DNA from: Tubulanus polymorphus
Lineage: Eukaryota > Animalia > Nemertea
Length of the DNA: 64,000 nt
Direction of reading: 5' to 3'
Assembly: GCF_964204645.1 (NCBI RefSeq)
Contig: NC_134035.1
Coordinates: 1,364,001 to 1,428,000 of the forward strand
The translations under genes were made by a program, and so were the position numbers. Position 1 is the first letter of the stretch. Each line of letters begins with the position of its first letter. Below are positions 19,301 through 31,994 of the stretch, in pieces. The notes under the pieces are model-generated. The model searched no databases and was not told where the DNA came from. It saw only the letters and a list, made by a program, of their open reading frames with translations.

Positions 19301-20076
19301 GGAACAAAACTAATGTCCGAAAGCGTCAGCTCTCCTTCGCCGGTCACGTGTCGAGGATGTCAGACAAAGAGTCGGTCAGGAAATTCTGCCCTCTACACGC
19401 CCTCATACGGAACACGAAAACCAGGATGACGAGGCCTCACTGCCCCCACCTATCTACAAAGTGTGCTGAGTGATGTCATTGACGGGCATATCTGTGGGAT
19501 TGCGCGGGATACAAATGGAGCGGTTATACTGGATTGTCACGCTACTAGCATTCATTGTGTCCTTGTGACCACCCGGATGAGGGATGATTCTACTGTCACG
19601 CTCTTTGTTTCTGGTATTCTGAGTCGGCTGAGGGATGATTCTACTGTCACGCTCTTTGATTTCTAGTTTGAGTGCTAGTTTTCATTGTGTCCTTGTGATA
19701 ACCTCGGTCAGTGGATGAAGTCTCTCGTCGGCTTGTGAGTGCTAGTTTCATTGTGTCCTTGTGACAACCTCGGTCAGTGGATGAAGTCTCTTGTCACGCT
19801 TTTGGGTGCTAGTTGAGATCCTGAATCTCAACCCGGTCAAGCTGGTTGTACTGCGCTATTTGTGTTTCGTGCAATTTTACAGGTGTGTCAGTTACTGACG
19901 TCGCCCAGTACATCCTGCAGTTAGATGGGGAATGTGAGGCGTCGTCATCCTGGTTTTCGCGTTCTGTGTGAGGGCGTGTAGAGGGCAGTATATTCCTGGC
20001 TGGCTCATTGTCTGGTGTTCTGGGCATGTGACCGGCAATGGAGAGCTGTAAAGCTTTCGAACATTAGTTTTGTTCC
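19301..20076 (+). ncRNA. Candidate long hairpin RNA built from inverted RTE-like LINE 3' fragments
   Basis: Arms ~19301-19538 and ~19835-20076 are reverse complements; arm translates as VRKRQLSFAGHVSRM..LYTPSYGTRKPG (RTE-type ORF C-terminus); differences mostly G-U compatible on + strand. Confidence 0.55.
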
Positions 20077-20285
20077 GTACCAGGTTTTCATCGCTCTTCT
20101 CTTTTTTTTCATTTCAGGACTCCCAAGATGAAGAAGAAGATGCTGAAGGCGACTACAGAAGATGGCGAAAAAAGAACACTGAACTCAGCAATATTGAAAG
20201 TTAAGTTGATACACATGTAAATTACGATGTATGATACAGAAAGGATTGTGTAACTACATAATATCGTTCTTTTACTCATTTCCGG

Positions 20286-20510
20286 TTAATCCAGAAAGGC
20301 CCATTTAAAATCTGCCCACCAGAAGTGCCCACAAAAGACTCCACGTTGAATGAACCAAACACCGAAAGTCCTGCCGCAACCGAACCTGGCAGTCTCATCC
20401 TGCATGGCAAAAGGAATGCATACATACATAAAGCTAAGTTGATTTTTCATATCTGGGGTAGAATGCATAGGCACTGGTGAGGAGAGACACGCTGGTCGAG
20501 CTCACCATCT
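20286..20510 (-). mobile_element. Decayed CR1/L2-like LINE ORF2 C-terminal fragment
   Basis: QDETARFGCG...FKWAFLD loosely resembles the Q..AARF..G...LKW.SL pattern of CR1/L2 ORF2; by-eye match only. Confidence 0.35.
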
Positions 20511-20534
20511 CCGCACTACTTTATTGAAGCTCTA

Positions 20535-23150
20535 TGGCCGGTATATTGTTAAAAGTAAATTGAAATATAGCTAGGGCAATGATTGCTTGAATATTTACAA
20601 GGCGAAATGATTGAGTGAGGTCCCTTGAATATTCTTTGGTCTGATAATTAAAATGTAGATTGGTCAGTTATTGATTAAAAGATTTTTTAAGTATGTACAA
20701 TTAAGGTAAATTCAATATCTTATGAAATTTTCTGAATCTACCGTAGATATTTCAGGCCTCATATGACTATTGTTTAACTGACAATCAAGATATAGATAGG
20801 ACAATTTACTAATTAACCAATCGCTTAGATATTAGCAATTATTCAATATCTTATAATGTTTGATGAGAAATTCTTCAGGTGTAGATATTTTAGGGCCCCG
20901 TATACATTTAGGCTGGCTTTACTTGTAAAGATCTAAATCAATCAAATTCATCGTCAGTTAATAGTTTTTTTTACAAATAGTTTATTGATACATTTATAAA
21001 CATTCAGGCACTTTACAGTATATATTATGTGCTGCTTTACCCATTGCATTAATGAATTTCTGGGGGAAAGATGTATAAAATAGTGTCTAGGGCTCTATCG
21101 AGATCTGGTGTAATATATATATGGGGAAATCTATGGACTGCGGGTTTTTCAGAAACCTTGATTAGGTCTCACCACTTTGATAAATCTAGAATAAAACAAA
21201 GCTTTAATTGGTTCAAAACATTCCACAGAGCCATACTTTTGCCTTGTTTTGCGCTATGATTATTATTTAACTGAAAATTATCATGTATATATAGCTAGGA
21301 CAAGTTGCTCATTAACCAATGGCTTAGATATCCACAATTAAGTTGAATTTAGTATTTCATGTAAGATCAAAAACTATTAATATGTAATACAGGTCCATAA
21401 TATAAATGTTGTTAAACTGAAAATTTAAATATAGCTGATATATGTATGAGCACATCTGAATCAGTCTCATCGACTGATCAGTATTTACATCTCCAACTGC
21501 CGTGCTTACGGCCACTGGTCTTGGTCTTCAATATTGCCAAAATTTACCAAAACTTTACTGATTCATCAAAAAGCCATACTGTGTGCCAAGTTACGCATAA
21601 TAGATATTGTTTAACTGACAATTAGAATCAAAGGTGAATAACACATTAATGTATTACTATAAGATATATATGATTAAGGTAAATTCAATATGTTATTTGA
21701 AATTGTTTTTAATTCAGGTCCATGTACATTTAAAATGTAGCTGATACATGTGTATCTGAGCACATTTATTTATCTGTATCTAAGTATTGTGTCTTCATAC
21801 AGCTGTATTAGTTTTGATACATATTGCCAAAATCATTTCACGCAGATTTACTTGCGATCGAAGGGAGATGAAACAAATCTGTACGTGCACAAATACATTC
21901 CTGAATTTGGAAGGGAGAATATTTCAATTTCGCTGTGTATGTCGGATTGAAAGCCTTATTCTGACAGGATATCCTAAACTTAGGTCTTATTCCTCTTGCT
22001 AATAGCTCTCTTTTATTAACCCCTCTCCTTCAAACTATTTTCTAGCATCATGTCTTGCACCGCACCAGGGAGGTCCGGTCATAACAAGGTCTTTCGGTCC
22101 TTATACACAGTGTGCTACTATAAAAGGGAAATAAAGATTATATAGCAATTCGGCTTTAAGGGAATTTCTAATTAACCACTTAAATGTGCTTTTATCTTAA
22201 TTTCTGATGAATTCATAATAGTGATGAATTCCCCACATCTGAAATCCAACTCATGAAGATTTTCAGGCTCCGTGTTCAACTGACTATTAAAATGTAGCTA
22301 GTATGATTACTAATTAACGGATCGCTTAGATATCTAAAAGATTAATTAGAATTAATTCAATGTAATGAATATAAGTGAAAAGTATTTAAAAAATAGTGCA
22401 GTGGATGAGACGACTGTATCGTGCAATGTCACCTGCGTCATGACTGGGCGACATGTGTGTGGGATCTGTTGAATCAGGTTTTGGGGAATACTGTATTCGT
22501 CAAACTATATATCAAAAGCTCTGATGCAAAATCAGCATTTCGAAATAGTGATCAATCGAAATCAGATCTGAAATTCTTGTCGTGTAGAAATATCAAGCCC
22601 CGTATAAAACATTGTCAGAGACAATTTTAATTATAGCTAGGAAATTAATTGAGTGATTAGGTATCTAAGATGAAGATTAATTCAGCATCTTCATATAAGG
22701 TAAAAGTGCTCAAATCTAAACCGTAGGGGTTGATAAGAAAACTGTAAGTATAAGAAGCTGTAAATATGCAGCTGTAAACTGTAAATATAAGAAGCAATAT
22801 TTAGAATTACTGGAATGGATTAGAATAACATTCACTGGGCACAGATGTCACCACCTATGGGTAGAAAACATATCTCTTCAAGTTTATTAACTGAAGTTAG
22901 TTTGATAATACGAACATGGTTTAGCTGACAATCGAAATGTATATAGGGAAACAGTACAAAAACAATTTGATAAGATTGATTATGCATTACTAAATTTGTT
23001 GTAACTCTGGTATTCCTAGAGATGACTATAGATGCTTTAGTCGAATTTTTTTTAAACTATAATAATCAACCGTTGCATAGATATCTAGAATATAGATGAA
23101 TTACGATATGAGTTGAATTTCATACAGATATTGTTTAATAATTGACTATT
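20535..23150 (+). repeat. Highly diverged interspersed/tandem ~130-150 bp repeat, forward copies
   Basis: Recurring GTAGATATTTCAGGC..TATTGTTTAACTGACAAT..ATAGCTAGGACAA..TTAACCAATCGCTTAGATAT at ~20540, 20743, 21260, 21390, 21600, 22257, 22583, 22915, 23125. Confidence 0.65.
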
Positions 23151-23184
23151 ATCAAAATCTACTTACCGGTCCACATCGCTGATC

Positions 23185-23187
<3 letters not shown>

Positions 23188-23279
<92 letters not shown>
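23188..23279. repeat. (TA)n microsatellite
   Basis: ~45 perfect TA units. Confidence 0.98.
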
Positions 23280-23282
<3 letters not shown>

Positions 23283-23819
23283 TTGACACGTTAATTATGA
23301 TCAGTGATATTCGAAAGGATTTTCTGCTCACAAGATTCTGCTCTTTTTTTCAGCTATACTACTAATCGACTAGTCATAAAATGTACAAAATGATCTTCAA
23401 CCTTGTAATATAGATATTCCAAATCTCGATGTATTAAAATAGGCAGTCAACTTAATTGACCCCAATCAGTCACTTGCCGGTTCAGACTGGTTGGAAGATT
23501 AATTGAATGAACCAGAACCGAATTTCCCAATTATCTGCTCGGATTTAAAGAAAAAGAAAGTTATGTGAAATCGACCGCCGATCACACAACTATATCTGTA
23601 CTTCGATTTCCGATTTTGAAAAAACTTAAAACTACAAAAAAAATTTAAAATTAGACAAAATTACGACCTTGTAAACTTTCGGACTATTTACATGAAAAAA
23701 AAGACCAAAGAAATCTAGAAATTAGACTAAGTGATCTTAAACCTTGTAAACTTTCGGACTATTTACACGAAAAAAAGAGCAAAGAAATGTAAAATTAGAC
23801 AACCAAATTAGGAGACCTC

Positions 23820-24745
23820 ACCGATAATGAACCCGGCAATCACAAAAGGTAACTTAATATATTTGGAATTATTGCAATAAATTCTGAATGAACTTGATAT
23901 TCATGGAATTATTACGATTAATTCTTATTGAAATATTTTGTCATTAAAGGATATCTTCTTTTGATCATTGCAGCTAAATTTAAACTATGCGAAAAAACCA
24001 AGTTTGAGAATAACTACTCGCCCAAAATCGACCAACTTGAACGGTGCACAGCCAACTAGGATCGAACTCATTAACCAATCAACTAATAAGATAATCGCCG
24101 ATAATGAAACCAGCAATCATAAAAGGTAACTTGATATACATGGAATTATTACGATTAATTCTTATTGAAATATTTTGTTATTAAAGGATATCTTCTTTTG
24201 ATCATTGCAGCTAAATTTCAACTATGAGAAAAAACCCAGCTTGAGAACAACTACTCGCCCAAAATCGACCAACTTGAACAGCGCACAGATGGAGCCAACA
24301 GAATCGAACTCATTAACGCACAAACTTTAGATGATCCACGCCGATAACGAACCAAGCAATGATAAAAGGTAACTTGATATACATGGAATTATTACGATTA
24401 ATTCTTATTGAAATATTTTGTTATTAAAGGATATCTTCTTTTGATCATTGCAGCTAAATTTCAACTATGAGAAAAAACCCAGCTTGAGAACAACTACTCG
24501 CCCAAAATCGACCAACTTGAACAGCGCACAGATGGAGCCAACAGAATCGAACTCATTAACGCACAAACTTTAGATGATCCACGCCGATAACGAACCAAGC
24601 AATGATAAAAGGTAACTTGATATACATCAAATTATTACGATTAATTCTTATTGAAATATTTTGTCATTACGGAATATCTTCTTTTAATCATTGCAGCTAA
24701 ATTTCAACTATGAGAAAAAACCCAGCTTGAGATCAACTACTCATC
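23820..24745 (+). repeat. 243-bp tandem repeat, each unit an apparent intron (85 nt) plus exon (158 nt)
   Basis: Donors AAG|GTAACT at 23849, 24126, 24369, 24612; acceptors TTGCAG ending 23973, 24210, 24453, 24696. Confidence 0.85.
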
Positions 24746-26519
24746 AGAAATGAATACTGATTGACCCATTTGCTGATGAAAACTGCAGAAGCCCAGATGA
24801 GAAGTTGATGAGCCAGCAACGGATTAATCACTCAACGATGGATTCTTCTACAATGGTAGTTGATCTCTATGAAATATTTTATCAGGAGCAGCAGAGACTA
24901 AAGTGAATCTTATAAACACTTATTCGAGCGACAAAGCTAATGGATTATCTCATAAACACTGATTCAGGATAAGCACTGTTTTAAAGGCAGCAAAGACAAT
25001 AGCGGATTTCTGTAGTAAAGTATTGATTTTTTTACTTATCACCCTTTTTCAAACCAGTCTGATATAGTGTTTTAAAGGAAAATATTTTATAATGTTTAAT
25101 GCAATGTGAGAGTCTAATAAAAGCTCCATTAATTCACGATATTGGTATTCGATCCTTGGTCGATAGAGAAGTCAAGTTAGGTTAGTCACTAGGGGTAAAT
25201 GGTTGCGTCGAGCGCCTAGTTTGGGCTCGCAGGTCTGTTGAGTTAACTCCTAAACTGAGATATAGTTTCAACATGATATTGTGAGTTTAATCTTTAAACT
25301 TTACCATAGTTAAACATAGTCAACTATGGCTATTTGTCCGTGTAGGTATCACATAGTTAGGAAACATAGAACATAACGTTAGGCCAGTGTTGATGTACAA
25401 ATATTAAGTATTTGCTGAATTGTAGGTGTATCAATTTGATGGATATATATTTTCGAAGGCCCGTGTAACTGATTTCACAATTGAATCGTATATGTCGATT
25501 TTCACATCGAGTTTTAACTTTGAGCCTCCATCAATCTGTTTGATGATCATAGCTACGTATTTGAAATCAAAAGCTTTATTTGAAAGGAGACCATTATTTA
25601 CATTTGAGAGGTAAAGCTAGGAATAACAAGGCATAAAGTTATAGCTAGGACTAATTTTGAGCGTTTTAACATTGTTTATAGCTGTTTGAACTTCTATTAT
25701 TGTAATGGGTGAATCCATCACAAGATGGCTCGCGTGAATTATCACTTAGCTTCAAATCGGGTGTATAATGATTATTAAGGAGTGGCAGTGAATCGGTAGT
25801 GCTTTTCTAAAATGGGCCCAGAAACTTTACAGTGAAAAAATGCCTGCAGTTGTAAATAGAGAAGTATAAATAATACATAATACAAACGACAAGTACATAA
25901 ATTAATATGAAAATAAATTTAAAAAAAACCAATAAATAATAAGTAGTAAATAATACAAAATACAAGTACATAGATAAATAGATAATATTAAAAAACATAT
26001 AAAAATAATAAACAACAATAGAAACAAACAACAAATTAATATTCTATTTACATGAAAAGGCATTTTTTCAAATATTTATCAACAAGGTTATTCATTTATC
26101 GAAAAACCTTCCCTAAGTATAGATCTTTTCACCCTAGATCTTTTCTGTTGTTATTCAAAGCATTCTATCGGACTCAGTTATTGTAATGAACAAAACAAAT
26201 GACCATAAACCTTAACTAAAGCGAACACACTTAAAAAAATAACTTATATGATAGAATGCTTTGAATAACTGTGATGAAAGATCGACCGTCCTATGAACTA
26301 GCCGCGCTCAATCACTGCTGTGACCGTTGATTGTTATACGGGGGTAGACTTACTATCTAAAATCTGGTACATACATTTTACTTTTTAGAAAGAAAGTAAA
26401 ACAGCTATAAACTTAAGTTATTGATTAGTTACCGATTGTATGATTATGTTGTTGTTTTCGAAGCTGCCAGAAAAAACATCAGAATACTTAGTATTTAATG
26501 CCAAGGTGCTTGGACATCT

Positions 26520-29410
26520 TTAAGTCAGGGCAAAGTTGGCAAAATTCTAGTTTTTTAGTGAAAGTAATGATTAGATGATACTTAGATTCCAGAGTGAATC
26601 TGTATGTTCCATCTCTAGTTTTCTCTATGTCGGAGACTGTTATTGTAACACATAACGCATGTTTGGTAATTAGGAACTTGCATGATGATTCCTCGTTTAA
26701 GATATTATTGTCGTGTGAATAAAACGATGTACATTTCCGTCATTCATGTTGAAACTTTTAAGTTGTTAATTTCTAAAGCAACAATTCCACTGTGGTGCTT
26801 TTCAGTGGTTCATAAAATACTGATTTAATTAGCAGGAGCATAGAATAGAAGGAGTTCAGTTACTTGATAGGCCAACTCGAGGATACAGTGCTAATTGGTC
26901 AATTGTCCTAGCTTTGTTTTGATTATCAGGTTAACCGCATCTGTGTGGGGCCTGTAATATCTGGACAAGAAGAATTTCTGATCTTTATATAAGAGTTGTA
27001 TTTATATCTACTATCAAGTTGAATAATACAAATTAAGAAGTTGCCGTAGCTTCGTCAGTCAAACCATATTTATATGAAAATACTCGATTAATCTTAAATC
27101 ATCTCGAAGAAAAACCTTTATAATAGTTTGCAGGGTTTGATCTAAGGAATAAATGCCACTTGACCTTGGGGCAAGCATATGTATTATCACTTGCCCCCCC
27201 ACAGAAATCAACTTGCCCTACATGAGCAGTCCGATTGAGACACAATCATCCCTTGCATCGAGTGGGATAAAAGCTTTGAGATATATAGAATTACACAAGC
27301 TCGGTGGACGAGTGATTGTGATAACCTACATGCCCTAATGAAAATATACTTGTCCCGGGCAATTGGACTAGTGCTTAAATCAGACCCTGCTTTGTTTCAA
27401 ATGTAACATTTGTGAAATAAGCTATAGTTGATAATTAAAGAAATCTCTCAGACAAGGAAAATTTTGTCACTGTTTTTAGTTTTTTTGTAATAACTAAGAT
27501 TAATTAGTTTACGTTACGCTTTCCAGAGTGAGTGAATTTTTAGGTTTTGTGTTGAACTGTTTTTTGATAACTCATTTAGCGGGGTATAATTGTTGTGTAA
27601 GAATAAAATGATATACATGTTTCGTCATTCATACTGTGGTGCTCATCAATGGTTCATAAAATACTATTTTGAATAAGGCCCTTATGGAAAATAGAGTAGC
27701 AAAATAGAGTAGTAGTCTCTTGATAAATGAGGATGAACAGTATTAATCAGTAGATTATGCTAGCTATGGACTCTAAAACCATGGTTTAACAATATCTTTA
27801 TGGGTTCTGAAATATCTGCACAAGAAGCACCTCAAAAAGTTAGTTATTGAATCTTAACTTAATTGTAGCAAAGCCATAAGTTATTAGTAATTGCCCTAGC
27901 TCTATTCAAATTGACAGTTGAACAATATTTATGTACTCGATTTATATACTCTTGAGACTTTTTTTGAAATACAGGTCACGTTTTTGTAAATGACTGAGGC
28001 ACTTCCTCCAGTACATGAATACCTGTCATTTAGGTATAATTGTTGTTGTGGAGATAAAACGACATGTTCATGTCAATTGTTCATAAAACATTGATTTATT
28101 AAGGTCCTATCTATGTCTATATGGGTTCTGAAATATCTGCACAAGAAGCACCTCAAAAAGTTAGTTATTGAATCTTAACTTAATTGTAGCAAAGCCATAA
28201 GTTATTAGTAATTGCCCTAGCTCTATTCAAATTGACAGTTGAACAATATTTATATACTCGATTTATATACTCTTGTTGAATGCATAGAAGATTATACCTC
28301 ATAAATACTTTGCATTAAATGTAACATTTGAGAAAATAACCAATTTGATAATGTCTTGAAACCTCTTAAAGACAAGGCAAAGGTGGCAAAACCACCGGGT
28401 CATTATCTTGTAATATAATGTTAATGAAAATTAAATCAAAGACTTTATTTAATCTAATCTTAAGCTTTCCAGATTGAATTTGTGGTTTTATCTCCGGTTA
28501 TAATGTTTTTATGTTGGAGACTTTTTTTGAAATACAGGTCACGTTTTTGTAAATGACTGAGGCACTTCCTCCAGTACATGAATACCTGTCATTTAGGTAT
28601 AATTGTTGTTGTGGAGATAAAACGACATGTTCATGTCAATTGTTCATAAAACATTGATTTATTAAGGTCCTATCGAATAAAGTTGAGCTTTTTCTTGATA
28701 AATGAGATGTCCTCTATCGATGTCATTTGAAAAGTTAACATGATAGATTCATATTTCATGAAATATAACAAAGTGTCGGTTATATTGACCTCATGAATTG
28801 TCAAATTCATAATCTTAGACTTTTAGACTAGTCCAATTTTCGTTTTTTTATGGATCAAAGTTTATAATTCTGTGTGTATTTTTGTTATTTTCCTATTGAT
28901 GCAAATTGTATAAATCAGCTGTAGTGGAAATGTATCGTAGATAATGACTTCTAAATACCTTACATGTAACTTTGTTTTAAATTAGTCAATTTCATACATA
29001 GTAATAGAAATATAATTACTATTAGAATTTGAGAAAATAAGCTAAAAGTTAATAATATTATATGTGAAAATAAAATGATGTAAGAGTGTAAATCAGATTG
29101 ATTACTTAATCCTACGCTTTCCAGAGTATTTGGCCAGGTTTATCTCTGGTTTTAGTGCGGGGAGCCATGGACTCGCGGTTTAAGAGTCCATGGTTGTGGG
29201 CCATAGACGTTTCTGTTTTGGAGTCTATGTTTGTACCATGCGCATTTAAACACTCGTTTATAGTTTATACGCACATGGTGAATTGACTAGTTGTTTTTGA
29301 AAGTCCGTGTTTGAGGAGCTTACGTTATAATTCCTCGAGCACAAACCTGGCATTTTGTATAATTGTTGTATGAGAATAAATATGATTGATTTTGGAATTT
29401 GTCATTCGTT
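26520..29410. repeat. Diverged ~0.7-0.9 kb tandem duplications carrying inverted copies of the 20.5-23.1 kb repeat
   Basis: Shared blocks (TTCCAGAGTGA, ATAATTGTTGT..GAATAAAA, GGTTCATAAAATACT) at ~26520, 27450, 28370, 29030; near-exact recent duplications 27800-27955=28121-28276 and 27954-28110=28517-28673. Confidence 0.7.
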
Positions 29411-29701
29411 GGGTTTAGCAACAAGTGTTACTAAAACGAAGCACTACTAAAAACGAAGACTATATGCACCCGAGAAAACCGACCAATTTATAACGTTTCC
29501 GGCAGAGGTGGTACACAGAGCGCCCCAAGTGATGATTTCGAGTATCTTCGGACTTCTTTTTAGTCATGCATAGTTCTAATACCCCAAAGTGCAGGCCTTC
29601 GTTTAGTAGCGCATAGTTTTTAGTAACACCCCCATTTCACTGCCCTGCTATAGAATAACTGCTTTTCACGGCCGGCCCGTGAATCATTTTCACGAACCCA
29701 G

Positions 29702-29862
29702 GGCCGCCTTCGGTTATTTGAGTTAGTCGACTATAGTCGAACTAACGAAACCAAATGTCCGTTAGTCGGAACTATATTCCGGAAATAGTTCGAAAATCAA
29801 GCGCATTGGCTATCCTTTCGATCCGACCACTAGTCGACTAGATACGAAAACCGAAGGCGGTC
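29702..29862. mobile_element. MITE family E (Harbinger-like)
   Basis: TIR GGCCGCCTTCGGTT / AACCGAAGGCGGTC; related copies at ~33048-33221 and 33264-33342. Confidence 0.75.
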
Positions 29863-30120
29863 TTGGCAGTTGAATCGGTTGCTGTTCCCAGGAAACGAAG
29901 AGGCGCTTTTACGACACGCGCAGATCGCAACGAGTCTTGTGGTGCACACGTGTGTGTGTGTGTAGCACGGCCGAGAACGTGCGTGAAAGCGCATGAACAA
30001 AATGTATTTCGAACGACAAATAAATAACTAAACTGATAAACAAGCGACGCATTCTGATGAAATTCAATAGTGTTAGAGATTTTATTACTGCATTGAATGA
30101 TTTGAAAGTTCCCAAGAAGA

Positions 30121-30180
30121 TAGAGACCGGTAACCAGTCTAAACGAACCCGTACGTCATAAGACTGGTTGCCGGTCTCTA
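30121..30180. repeat. 20-bp inverted repeat (mini fold-back)
   Basis: TAGAGACCGGTAACCAGTCT-N20-AGACTGGTTGCCGGTCTCTA; related half-site TAGACACCGGAAACCAGTCTA at ~33547. Confidence 0.7.
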
Positions 30181-31994
30181 ACTATCCTGACTGCGAATGC
30201 AGGCGAGAATTTTTTTTTTCACACCAGCGGCCTTTTGTTTCTACATGTGACATGCTATCACGTGATCTCAACATGTAATCTACCGGTATACATAAAACAC
30301 GTAATCCTTATAAAACAGGAATAAGTTGAATAACGACACCCACTAAGTAACAAAACGAGAATTGGAGTCTAGAATAGAATCCTTAATTATAATGTTGATA
30401 AAATTTTGAAAATTAGGAGCAATTTAAAGCGTTTTCCCGCCACCTTGAGTGATTACCTTGAGGAAAAAACACGAGTTTCAGTAAAAAATGAAGAAACCTA
30501 GCCGAAAAAGGGGGTTCTTTCGTGCAGCAGTTTAGTAACTAAAACTAACAGATTTGTGATAATTTGTCTGAATTTGGCGTGCATATTTTTAACCGATCAT
30601 CCGCTCCGATAGCCATGAGGCTTGCGTGAGGGTAAAGATACTTAATATTCTGACACTCAATACACTTTTTTCCTTACACTTTCTAAACTTCCTTCCGCGA
30701 AGCGACGTCTAAGGCTGGCTTCATGTCGACGCCTAGACCAACGCAACCGGCCGGATAATCCCCGATCAGCGCCACATAACCTCAGCGTTTTCAAACTTCC
30801 AAACATTTTCAAACTTCAAAAGAAAAGATGCCATTGACTGCAATTCAAGAATGGCCAGTGACCTACCTACGATACCTTTTGAAATCATTCCCGAAGCTTT
30901 TGTTATTGGTGATGCAACCAATCACCGGCTACGAATTTTAAAGGGGTCAGTTAAAAACTGGTGGGCGCTCCTACAAGTTGTCATTACACTTGGAAATTCT
31001 ACACGGCGAAGAAGTCTCTGTCGCTGGTTATTGCTCAGATAGGACACGTTTTAGAAAAAGAGAATTTTCATTAGATTGTAACAAACGCAGCTGAGCTGAT
31101 AAACTATTTATTATTAATACAACTGGATTTTGGCAACAGGACACGGAATTTAAAAATGACTTTAAGATTGACTCTTAAATAAAAGGATTACATTTTCAAA
31201 TTGCTGCTTCATCCGCGTTACAAGGTTGCTGTAAGGTAGGTGGAACATTTATTTAACATTAGCGGTCGAAATTATGTTTTATAGGTTTAGATTTAGGAAA
31301 AATAGTTGCACTTTAGGTTAGGGTTAGGTTTAATTAACAGGTACCGGTACCCAGTGTTACAGCTTCATGGAAGATACAACAGATTCGCCTACCGATGAAA
31401 AGAAAAGAGCGATCCGAATTGAATAAGGTAGGACATATTTCAGCGTGGACTTATCAACTAGAGTTGATACGTCCATGATTTCAGTGAGAAGAAAAAGACC
31501 CCCGAGCCACAGAAGATCGAACGCGAAGTTGAATGATGATGACAGAGTGGCTTGAAAAAATTCAGGTGCGACTTGTATGACATGTCTAATAGTCTTGTAG
31601 ATAAATAGAATTGATAGAATTTATGTTAGTTCTAACTAGTTATTTGACCCCCCAATTAAAACATAATTTCAACCGTTAATATTTAGGTATTTTGAATATA
31701 TTTCACAATTATCCAACGCCCCTCCCCCCACCCTCACCCCTCCCCTTAAAACGAAGCTTCCACGATTTTGTGGGTTAAGCGTGTCTTAGGTAGGATGAGG
31801 AATTGACGATTTGGACTTGACAACTTTTTTCTACATAATAGAAACTACATAAACGTTAACACATGTAGAGCTAGGGGGTTGGACTATTAACCCCCCCAAA
31901 AATACGTACAGAAAACAGTGATACAAATATAAAACAATAGACAAATATACACTTACACAATATTACACATTTAAATGATAGAATTAAATTTTTC

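Noticed and set aside
30600-31570. Exon-like segments with splice signals upstream of choline kinase
   Set aside because: Frames contain stops and no recognisable family; cannot distinguish 5' UTR exons from TE debris
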